From: Candidatus Hermodarchaeota archaeon
GTDB lineage: Archaea; Asgardarchaeota; Hermodarchaeia; Hermodarchaeales; Hermodarchaeaceae
DNA length: 58,217 bases
Direction of reading: 5' to 3'
Assembly (NCBI GenBank): GCA_016839365.1
Contig: JAEOUH010000063.1
Coordinates: forward strand, 1 to 58,217
Shown here in pieces: positions 1 to 7,543 of the stretch (within the stretch, counting starts at the first letter, position 1; every line of letters begins with the position of its first letter). Position numbers and translations under genes: made by a program. The notes below the pieces were generated by a model. It made no database searches, had not been told where the DNA came from, and saw only the letters and a program-made list of their open reading frames with translations.

Positions 1-362
1 AACAGATCCCCTGGAACCTCCGCTTCATTCAGGAACCTCACGGACTAGCTAAAGGAAAAATGAATCTCGGAGTTATCGTCCGAGCTGATGAATTCACCTT
101 CGGTCATGTTGGTGATGCGGTGCGACTCGGTGGCTTCGCAGGTGCGAAACTGGATGTTTTAGCGGTCCCCATCTTTGGAGGCTTCACCGCATCCCCTAAA
201 CGAGTCATTGAAGAGTTGAAGAAATTCGATCCGCCCCTACCAACCATTGTTCCCATGCATTGGGTCTACCGAAATCCCACAAAATTCTGTGAACAATTGA
301 AACGTGAAATCCCTGATGTGGCCTGTCTTGTCCCAACAAAAAATGAAACACTGCCAATCTAG
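1..362 (+). CDS. MBL-fold metal-dependent hydrolase, 5'-truncated by window edge
   Basis: Frame is open from the window start (QIPWNLRFIQEPHG...). H-x-G-D (GHVGD), 'DVLAVPIFG' and 'IVPMHW' motifs are typical of the C-terminal half of UPF0173/UlaG-like MBL proteins. Confidence 0.65.
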   Translation, partial: QIPWNLRFIQEPHGLAKGKMNLGVIVRADEFTFGHVGDAVRLGGFAGAKLDVLAVPIFGGFTASPKRVIEELKKFDPPLPTIVPMHWVYRNPTKFCEQLKREIPDVACLVPTKNETLPI

Positions 363-472
363 CCATCTGATTTCTTGACCACCCTTATCCCTCCCTATGC
401 TGCCATCTTAATGTCGTTTCTAATCAAGCTCTAGTGAAACTCTAAAATCATTATTTGATGTAACAAGTTGGT

Positions 473-1270
473 TTATAGTAATGTGATTATCATTCCCCAT
501 TGGCCGATACTTAGCTGGAGTTCATCTCTGAATTCTTTGACATACCCTTCTTCGATTCGAATAGAGGTGTTCTCTTTCACTTGCCTAATCTGCTCATTCC
601 AGAGCACAAGTTTGATTGAACCAGTGTCATCTGAAAGTGTTGCATTGGCTACCTTGAGTTCTTCACCGGTCTTTTTCGAAGTCACTGTGCGTGGACTCGA
701 GATATGCTCCACCTTTCCCTCGACAAGAACTCTCTGCTGACCGTTCTGAATATCTGTAATTCGTGACATAGATTGTGGAAATTCATCTGAGATCCTTTTT
801 TCATAATAGATGCCAGTCCACGTGGGGTTATCCTGGGTTGTACCAATCTGAACAAATCCAAGACTCTTATAGAAAGGATTCGTTCGAACATTCCACTCAG
901 GAGTGCCTACCACCCACAGTTCTGCGGATGGATATTGTTCCCAGGTGAGTTCGAAGGACCTTGTCGCAATCCCCTTTCTCATATAATTCGGGTCGACCCA
1001 GATTCGCTCACAGACCTGATACTCTGGACCTCGATTCCCAACAATGAATCCGCCAACAACTTCTGAACCAAACACAATCTTTCGATACTGCAGCCACTTA
1101 TTCTGAATTGCCATGGTATTCCATTCAATCGAATCATACCCAGGTGGTCCACCCGAACCTGGAGCACCAAAATCCAAGTCTGAATCAAATGACCTCCGAC
1201 ATGTTGCTGTTAGAATCTCCGCATCTTCAACCACTGCCTTCTGCAGCGACACTTCACAAGATTGATTCAT
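473..1270 (-). CDS. GNAT acetyltransferase fused to a C-terminal archaeal SSB/RPA-type OB fold
   Basis: N-terminal GNAT motif A (IWVDPNYMRKGIA) and motif B (NPFYKSLGF). C-terminal VEGKV...KVANATLSDDTGSIKLVLWNEQ...IEEGYVKEFRDELQLSIG is an SSB-like OB fold. Start set at ATG 1270. Confidence 0.8.
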   Translation of the reverse strand: MNQSCEVSLQKAVVEDAEILTATCRRSFDSDLDFGAPGSGGPPGYDSIEWNTMAIQNKWLQYRKIVFGSEVVGGFIVGNRGPEYQVCERIWVDPNYMRKGIATRSFELTWEQYPSAELWVVGTPEWNVRTNPFYKSLGFVQIGTTQDNPTWTGIYYEKRISDEFPQSMSRITDIQNGQQRVLVEGKVEHISSPRTVTSKKTGEELKVANATLSDDTGSIKLVLWNEQIRQVKENTSIRIEEGYVKEFRDELQLSIGQWGMIITLL

Positions 1271-1413
1271 ACTAAACACCAAAAAATACAGGATATCTCC
1301 CTGCTGTCTCTTCCACTCTGAAGATTAACAAGTAAAAGCTCCGACCAGTATAAATCGTTTACTTGCCCAATCTCACCTATTCAACACTATTACAGCATCA
1401 TCCCAAGCCGCAT

Positions 1414-1686
1414 CCTCGACCCCGCGCCATCCCGGCGCCTCGACGCCGCCCCAAAGGGAAGCACACTCGCCTGGGAGAAAGGTGTGGCTACAGATTTCCA
1501 GCGGGGATATCGAGGTTTTTTAAAATTCTAGGCTTGCATTGCGGCTTTTCCTCGTTGAAGCCAAGTATGCTTGTTCCCGGGGTTAACCTCTGGAGACAGG
1601 GCTTTTGTCCTGCCACCTTTCTCGCTGCTTTACTGTGCGTTGTGGCGCCTTATAACGGTTACGTTTGTGCTCTGTGTGGAAGGTGA
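1414..1686. ncRNA. Candidate structured non-coding element (ncRNA or MITE-like remnant)
   Basis: GC-rich intergenic segment with several stems: CCTCGA 1414-1419/TCGAGG 1510-1515, CCCCGC 1420-1425/GCGGGG 1501-1506, CGGCG 1433-1437/CGCCG 1444-1448, and a long-range GAGAAAGGTG 1475-1484/CACCTTTCTC 1614-1623. No family motif recognised. Confidence 0.3.
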
Positions 1687-1895
1687 AAGGGTGCGGAAAA
1701 ATGATTTAAGTCGGTGCTATTTTGGTCTTGATGGTGTTAGAGGGACGATTAGCGGATTTTTGAGGTTCTGCCCGGTTTTCGTGGGAAATGGCACCAAAAT
1801 GCGCTAGTATCCCTTATGAATCGAAGCTAAAGCTATAAATGTAAGATATATAGAACAGGGAGCGCCAAAAACACCTACGGGTGGGTAAAAACAAA

Positions 1896-2258
1896 ATGCA
1901 AATAGTTATGACAATTGTTAACTTCATTGTTCAATGGTTCATCATGGCGTTCATCATTATGCTTTCTGCCAAGATGGTTGCTGGCATGGAAGCCACCTTC
2001 ATGAAAGCACTAATCGCCTCATTGATTGGAAGCCTCATCGCCGCAATTCTTGCGTGGGCGTTTCAAACATTTCTAGCAATCTTCTGGTGGGCTGCCGGTA
2101 TCGTTATCTTCATTGTCTGGCTGCTCATCATCAGGTACTACTTCCAAACGGGCTGTATCGGCGCCTTGATAGTGGCAATACTAGCATTTATCATCTATCT
2201 GATCTTTGCTTGGCTCTTCTATGTCTTTCTAGTTCCATTCTTGCCGCCACTGCCTTAG
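1896..2258 (+). CDS. Small integral membrane protein (about 4 TM)
   Basis: Almost entirely hydrophobic ORF with a TATA-like TATAAA upstream at about 1834. Confidence 0.75.
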   Translation: MQIVMTIVNFIVQWFIMAFIIMLSAKMVAGMEATFMKALIASLIGSLIAAILAWAFQTFLAIFWWAAGIVIFIVWLLIIRYYFQTGCIGALIVAILAFIIYLIFAWLFYVFLVPFLPPLP

Positions 2259-2277
2259 TAAGCTGCTCTTCTTCCCT

Positions 2278-2314
2278 GGGGGGCCTTTGGGGCTCCCTTT
2301 TCCTTTCTTTTTTT
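2278..2314 (+). terminator. Hairpin plus pyrimidine/T tract terminator
   Basis: GGGGGCC-TTTG-GGGCTCCC followed by TTTTCCTTTCTTTTTTT just after the stop at 2258. Confidence 0.5.
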
Positions 2315-2370
2315 AAGAAAATTATCTTAGGAAACTTAGGCACGAAACGAACCTTTATTATGAAGCCTAC

Positions 2371-3510
2371 GTGCTGAGAGAGCTTGGTGAGTCTACGCTG
2401 GCACGCGCATTATTGGCTATGTTACGGCATGATGTGCATGATCATACTGAATGGCCATTAGAGTTAGAAGAGTTTCTCAGCCTCGTTGAAGCTGCAGGGT
2501 TTGAAGTAGTTGAAACGATACTGCAAACTCGAATGCGCCCTCATGGGGGCTTTCTCTTTGGGCGCGGAAAAGTCGAGGAGATTGCACAGATAGTAGCCAT
2601 GGAAGACATCGAAAGTGTGGCGGTCTATAACGTATTGACCTCGATGCAAAAGTTCAATCTGCAACGGGCTTTGGGGGTTCCAGTACTGGACCGGTATGAG
2701 ATTGTGTTACAGGTGTTTGGAAAGGAGGCTCGTGATAACGTATCGCAGCTGCAGTTGGAATTGGCTGCTTTGAAGAAGAGCTATCCATACATCAAAGTCA
2801 CCGAGAGTGAGCGGTTAATACGCGAACGGCCTGCCAGATTGGGTGGTAGGGGTCCGGGTGAATATGCTTATCATGCCCAGCTCCGTCAGCTGCGAAAGCG
2901 AATCGCTAAGGTGAGTGCGGAGTTAGCTCAGTATCGGGAGGAACATCGTCGGCGAATGCACAAACGCCGGGAACTAGACGTTCCAATGGTGTGTTTAGTC
3001 GGTTGTTACAATGCTGGTAAGACCAGTCTATTCAATGCATTGACCGGTGCTGACAAAGAGGTCAGTGATCGCCCGTTCACCACTTTGGCCTCGAAGTGGG
3101 CCATGACGGGAAATCCCGAGATATTCTTCATCGACACCATTGGGTTTGCCTTAGATTTAGATCCTGAGCTCATCTCTGCATTCCAACTTAACCTCGATGA
3201 TATGCGGGGTGCCGATATTCTCCTCCTGGTCGTTGATGTGTCCGATTCCTTCCAATTAATGCAGATGAAAATGCGAAGTGCCTTGGAAATCCTCCATGGA
3301 ACTGGAATCGATGAATCAAGGATCCTTATCGTGTTGAACAAAACGGACCTGGTGGATCCTGAGCAAGCCGCAGAAGTTGCTGACTTCATCGATGCCACAT
3401 ATGGGTTTTCGTCCGTATTGGTTTCCGCCGCAAAGGAATGGAATCTTACCCATCTTACAGATTGTATTCGTCATCTGTTTGAGGTTGTAGGAGTCAATTT
3501 GGTAAATTAA
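2371..3510 (+). CDS. hflX: Ribosome-splitting GTPase HflX
   Basis: N-terminal 'LFGRGKVEEI', 'LQLELAAL', 'GRGPGE'. G1 GCYNAGKT, G2 FTTL, G3 DTIG, G4 NKTD. Confidence 0.92.
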   Translation: MLRELGESTLARALLAMLRHDVHDHTEWPLELEEFLSLVEAAGFEVVETILQTRMRPHGGFLFGRGKVEEIAQIVAMEDIESVAVYNVLTSMQKFNLQRALGVPVLDRYEIVLQVFGKEARDNVSQLQLELAALKKSYPYIKVTESERLIRERPARLGGRGPGEYAYHAQLRQLRKRIAKVSAELAQYREEHRRRMHKRRELDVPMVCLVGCYNAGKTSLFNALTGADKEVSDRPFTTLASKWAMTGNPEIFFIDTIGFALDLDPELISAFQLNLDDMRGADILLLVVDVSDSFQLMQMKMRSALEILHGTGIDESRILIVLNKTDLVDPEQAAEVADFIDATYGFSSVLVSAAKEWNLTHLTDCIRHLFEVVGVNLVN

Positions 3511-3571
3511 GAGAACGAGAAAAAATCGAATCGTTGATATAGCCTCATTCAATACCAGAGATGTAGTTTAG

Positions 3572-5233
3572 GTGTCCATAGTGACCGAAGAACGTGATTA
3601 CCAGCATTGGATTGATGCCCTAGTTGAGGAGGCCATTAACTATTGGGGGAAGCGTGTTTCAAAGATTGATTGCAGTTGTGGATTATCGGTCTCCGGGTTA
3701 CAACACGTAGGCCGGTTGCGGGGAGAAATCACATTAGCCAATACAGTGATGCAACAACTCCGGCAGAAAGGATTAGATTCAAAGCATTACGTTGTGCGAT
3801 ACACTAGTGATGAATGGAAAGGCAAGGAATCCCAACTTGCACAATTCCCAGATCCAACCAAGGCTAAGAAGTATGTTGGTCGTCGGTTAGTGGATATTCC
3901 TGATCCGCAATGTGAATTAGGTAGCTGGGTTGATCGATACTGGCTCGATTTCGGACCATATCTGGATTATTTCAGCCGTGACACCACAGTGGTCAGCACC
4001 AATGAAATCTATACTTGGCCACAAATGCATGAGCTGATTCGTTTCACTATTCAGCACCGTGAGCGAGCCCGAAAGATTATCAACAAATATCGAGTCCGTA
4101 ATCCATATCCCAAAGACTGGTTTCCAATCAACGTTATCTGTGACGCATGCAAACGAATCAATACAACCACGGTGGTGAGTGTTGATTTAAACGCCTACAC
4201 TGCAAGTTACCGATGCGATGAGTGTAGTCATGAAGGGACAACCAGTATAGAAAATGGAAAGCTGTCGTGGCGGCTGGAATGGGCGGCTCTCTGGAAAATC
4301 CTTGATGTGGGGTTTGAACCCTTTGGGAAAGACCACGCCACTCCTGGAGGATCACGGGATAGTGCCAAAGAAATCGCTGAAACATTCTATAACTTCAAGC
4401 CACCGGTTCCGTATGCCAACGAATGGGTAGGCCTGATTGAAAACGGAGTCGACAAAGGAGACATGGGGAGCTCGGATTTCAATGGTTTTACACCAAAAAC
4501 CTGGGTTTCTGTCGCTCCTGGCGAAGCCTTACGTTACATCTATTTAAAGAATAAATCTATGAAACGCATCACCTTGGGCCTCGAGTACATTCCCAATTAT
4601 ATCGGTCAATATGAGCGAGCTGAAAGAGTCTACTACCAAATCGATTTGCCTCGGGCCCCGCCATTGGAAATCGCGGATATTCGACGGAGTTATGAACTCG
4701 CCAATCTTGATCCTTTACCCGAAATGGCGCCTCTGCAGGTTCCCTATCTTCATGCAGTGCTTCTCACCCAGATCATCCCCGAAGAAAATCTTCCTGATGC
4801 TGCCCTCGAAAAGCTCACGGAAACGGGGATCATTCCCAAAACCCTTACCGATAATCAAAGGACTTCAATTACTACTCGGTTAGACCGAGCTCGAACCTGG
4901 GTCACTTCATTAGCGCCTGCTTCGTATCGCATAATCACTCTTTCTGCTCCTCCTGATGGACTCCGTGATACCGTACCAGATGAGCTCCGACCCGTTTTTC
5001 AACAGCTCCATGACTCCCTAAACCCTGACGAGTGGACAGAAGAGGCTATCACCACTACCATGCGAAAACTCACCGAATCCATGTCTAAAGACACACAACG
5101 TGGGTTCTTCGAATTCCTCTATCAAGCCTTTTTTGGAACGGATAAGGGCCCCCGGATCTCGACCTATTTTGCCTTCACCGATTCTTTACTCATCCGCGAT
5201 CGCGTCAAATATCTTGCCACTTTGCCTAAATGA
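3572..5233 (+). CDS. lysS: Lysyl-tRNA synthetase, class I
   Basis: HW start motif, 'SVSGLQHVGR' HIGH-like motif, two CxxC, 'GKLSWRLEWAALW', 'FEPFGKDHAT' and C-terminal 'GPR'. Confidence 0.95.
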   Translation: MSIVTEERDYQHWIDALVEEAINYWGKRVSKIDCSCGLSVSGLQHVGRLRGEITLANTVMQQLRQKGLDSKHYVVRYTSDEWKGKESQLAQFPDPTKAKKYVGRRLVDIPDPQCELGSWVDRYWLDFGPYLDYFSRDTTVVSTNEIYTWPQMHELIRFTIQHRERARKIINKYRVRNPYPKDWFPINVICDACKRINTTTVVSVDLNAYTASYRCDECSHEGTTSIENGKLSWRLEWAALWKILDVGFEPFGKDHATPGGSRDSAKEIAETFYNFKPPVPYANEWVGLIENGVDKGDMGSSDFNGFTPKTWVSVAPGEALRYIYLKNKSMKRITLGLEYIPNYIGQYERAERVYYQIDLPRAPPLEIADIRRSYELANLDPLPEMAPLQVPYLHAVLLTQIIPEENLPDAALEKLTETGIIPKTLTDNQRTSITTRLDRARTWVTSLAPASYRIITLSAPPDGLRDTVPDELRPVFQQLHDSLNPDEWTEEAITTTMRKLTESMSKDTQRGFFEFLYQAFFGTDKGPRISTYFAFTDSLLIRDRVKYLATLPK

Positions 5234-5340
5234 GAGCTGTTTAAACTAAACCTCTCTTCCAGATTCAAGACGCAACCTATATATGCTCAAATCCCTTAAG
5301 TCAATTCTATCCCGTACTTGGATAACGGAGAGAAGAAACA

Positions 5341-5613
5341 ATGTCAAAACCCGCAGTCAGTGCATTCCGCCAAGCTGTTTACAATGAAGCCAAGGCACTT
5401 AAGATTCCCATCGTGGATGAGCGAGCGATTGACAAACTCGGTATCAATAAAGGCTCAGTCGGTGGAACGGTTGAAATGAGGTACCGTGATGGCGAGGAAA
5501 CGAAGATCAAAACCTTTCTCGCGGTGGCTAAATACCATCATGCGCTCGTGATCTACAAGGATGAGATGTTCTACATCTTAGCCAATAATACGATTTGGCG
5601 CTTATCGACTTAG
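5341..5613 (+). CDS. Small hypothetical protein (90 aa)
   Basis: Clean ORF with GGAG upstream, its own TATA-like element and a downstream hairpin terminator. Confidence 0.7.
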   Translation: MSKPAVSAFRQAVYNEAKALKIPIVDERAIDKLGINKGSVGGTVEMRYRDGEETKIKTFLAVAKYHHALVIYKDEMFYILANNTIWRLST

Positions 5614-5660
5614 GGTACATGTCCTAATTACCATGTAACCCTTTTCCTCTCATTTTCTTC
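5612..5660 (+). terminator. Hairpin plus T-rich terminator
   Basis: AGGGTACATG...CATGTAACCCT stem followed by TTTCCTCTCATTTTCTT. Confidence 0.45.
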
Positions 5661-5770
5661 CTTTACTCGCACTCAATGCAGTGCAGAATAGAGTTTTTTT
5701 CGCACTGGAAAATGGAGTTTCCACTATTACCTGCAATTTGGTGAGAGCATCTATAAAAAACGCTGGTAGT

Positions 5771-6427
5771 TCAGCTTTCAAAGATCTCTTTGATTCGCTT
5801 GATTTCTGCCATCATTTCGTTTCGCAATCCAGCGATCCCAGGAGTGGCAGCAGCGGCGGCTGGTGCGGCAACGGGAGGAGGAGGACTTGTTGTACCCGCA
5901 GGTGGTGCGCTGGGTGGTGTAACTGTGAGCTGAGCCGCAGGTGGTGCGCTCGGAGGACCTGCAGGCGGAGCACTTGGAGGGGCAGAAGGTGGTGTACTAG
6001 GTGGTCCACTTGGGGGCGCACTCGGTGGGCCCTTGGGCGGTACCGCAGCTGGAGGACCAGCAGGAGTTGCAGCAGGGGGTGGAGTTGTTACAGCAGCAGC
6101 CATAGTGACCTCTCCGAGGAGAATAGATTCAGCATCGTCACCTGGGCCAACAGTTGTTATGGCGGCTTCATCTCCTTCAAGGAAATCAAATAGTTCGTCG
6201 GTTGAGGGGCCTCCAGTAATGGGTTCTGCTGCCATTAGTGGTGTGCTGGCGGCGGTCATTGGTGTGATTTGGGCACTCTTCAAATCGCTACGAACTTTAC
6301 TAAGGCTGTTCTGAAACTCGGTTACCTCTTTAGCTACGTTATTTAATGCATCAGCTAAGTCGTTTACAGCTTTCGATAAGAACTCGGATACACGAATTAG
6401 AATGGCTTCCTTGTCTGAGCCTGACAT
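5771..6427 (-). CDS. Coiled-coil / polyproline / C-terminal amphipathic helix protein
   Basis: N-terminal heptad helix, acidic linker (STDELFDFLEG), PPxx tandem region, terminal helix GLRNEMMAEIKRIKEIF. Confidence 0.8.
   Translation of the reverse strand: MSGSDKEAILIRVSEFLSKAVNDLADALNNVAKEVTEFQNSLSKVRSDLKSAQITPMTAASTPLMAAEPITGGPSTDELFDFLEGDEAAITTVGPGDDAESILLGEVTMAAAVTTPPPAATPAGPPAAVPPKGPPSAPPSGPPSTPPSAPPSAPPAGPPSAPPAAQLTVTPPSAPPAGTTSPPPPVAAPAAAAATPGIAGLRNEMMAEIKRIKEIFES
5870..6085 (-). repeat. Coding low-complexity PPxx tetrapeptide repeats (about 12-bp period)
   Basis: PPKG PPSA PPSG PPST PPSA PPSA PPAG PPSA PPAA in the translation. Confidence 0.8.
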
Positions 6428-6546
6428 TCTTGCTACACCCCGTCATCTGCAGCATGGGGTACTGCAAATTAGGTTGTAATAGGCTTACATATAAACTTTG
6501 TTGAGTCCTATTCACCAACTAAACGAGTTTTGCGGTCCGCTCCACC

Positions 6547-6966
6547 TTAGAGGGCTTTAGACGCTTTGATGATTTCTCGATGATCGAAGGCAACTTGCTT
6601 CGGGATTTTCATAAACACTTTGACTTCTAGGGCATCACTACTTGGTTCCATTGAACCACCCACCACCCGAGCATTGAAGGCAATACTCACAACATGCCCC
6701 CGGGGATCACGGGATGGATCGGAAAACACGCCAATTAAACTACTGGGCACTACCACAAGCCCAGTTTCCTCCCTGACCTCACGAACTAGGGCTTCCTCAA
6801 TAGTTTCACCAATTTCCAGTTTTCCTCCTGGCAACGCCCAATTTTGTTGAAACGGCGGAAATCGCCGACGAACTAACACAACACCTTTTTCGGCCAGCTG
6901 AATGACTGCATCCACGGCAACAACAGGTGATTTTTGCTGTGCAGCGTTCCAATCCGATGGTGACAT
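6547..6966 (-). CDS. Nudix hydrolase (ADP-ribose pyrophosphatase/MutT-like)
   Basis: Nudix box GGKLEIGETIEEALVREVREETG, 'RDPRGH', 'AFDH'. SD AAGGAGG precedes ATG 6966. Confidence 0.9.
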   Translation of the reverse strand: MSPSDWNAAQQKSPVVAVDAVIQLAEKGVVLVRRRFPPFQQNWALPGGKLEIGETIEEALVREVREETGLVVVPSSLIGVFSDPSRDPRGHVVSIAFNARVVGGSMEPSSDALEVKVFMKIPKQVAFDHREIIKASKAL

Positions 6967-7042
6967 GAAATATACCTCCTTTCTAATGAGGTGCAGCTTC
7001 AAAAGCCTTAAAAGCCATTGGTACTACGCCACACCGACGACA

Positions 7043-7537
7043 ATGACTATAGAACCCTGGCGTGAGCCGAAACCCACCATTGCGCAGCTTCGCAGACTGG
7101 TAGAGCGAATAAAATCCTATGCTCGGACTAGCCGGCTTATGGGGTATCTTTCAACAGCCATTCTCACGATTCTGATGATCCAATTGGGCATACTGGTATA
7201 TAGCTACTTTATCCCCATTTTCTGGGGCACCCCGTTCCCTCCTCTACCTGAATGGTATTACTATGTGATGTTCATAACCTTTGCTTTATCCATGGTCGTT
7301 TACGGTGTTGCAGGATCTATTAATGCTCGTTTGAACCGCTATATCATTGAATACAAGAAGATTGGTATCGTTGTCCAACTACGGTGTGAGGAATGCAACC
7401 GGACTAGCGAACGGATTTGGGAAAAGGATGATTATATTTTCAAAACTGAAGGTACATGTTCTTGTGGTGGAAAGCAGTTCATCTCCCAGATGTATCTCAT
7501 GCCACTCCCTTTGAAAAAGGGTCAAGAGGACCTCTAA
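7043..7537 (+). CDS. Two-TM membrane protein with C-terminal Zn ribbon
   Basis: Two hydrophobic segments, then CEEC...CSCGG. Start moved to ATG 7043 to avoid overlap with the divergent Nudix gene. Confidence 0.7.
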   Translation: MTIEPWREPKPTIAQLRRLVERIKSYARTSRLMGYLSTAILTILMIQLGILVYSYFIPIFWGTPFPPLPEWYYYVMFITFALSMVVYGVAGSINARLNRYIIEYKKIGIVVQLRCEECNRTSERIWEKDDYIFKTEGTCSCGGKQFISQMYLMPLPLKKGQEDL

Positions 7538-7543
7538 TTCTCG

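Noticed and set aside
1414-1686. SRP RNA, RNase P RNA or tRNA identity for the structured element
   Set aside because: No SRP helix-8 motif, no GAGGAAAGUCC-type RNase P motif and no T-loop/cloverleaf were found on either strand.
1363-1807. ORFs 1363..1686 and 1571..1807
   Set aside because: They have non-ATG starts, overlap each other and show no protein-like composition. The region is better explained as non-coding structure.
1862-1869. GCGCCAAA E2F-consensus site near a promoter
   Set aside because: A degenerate 8-mer is expected several times by chance in 58 kb, and no such site lies upstream of the E2F-like gene.
5681-6314. Arg/Trp/Cys-rich and Gly/Ala-rich plus-strand ORFs
   Set aside because: They are antisense shadows of the polyproline gene.
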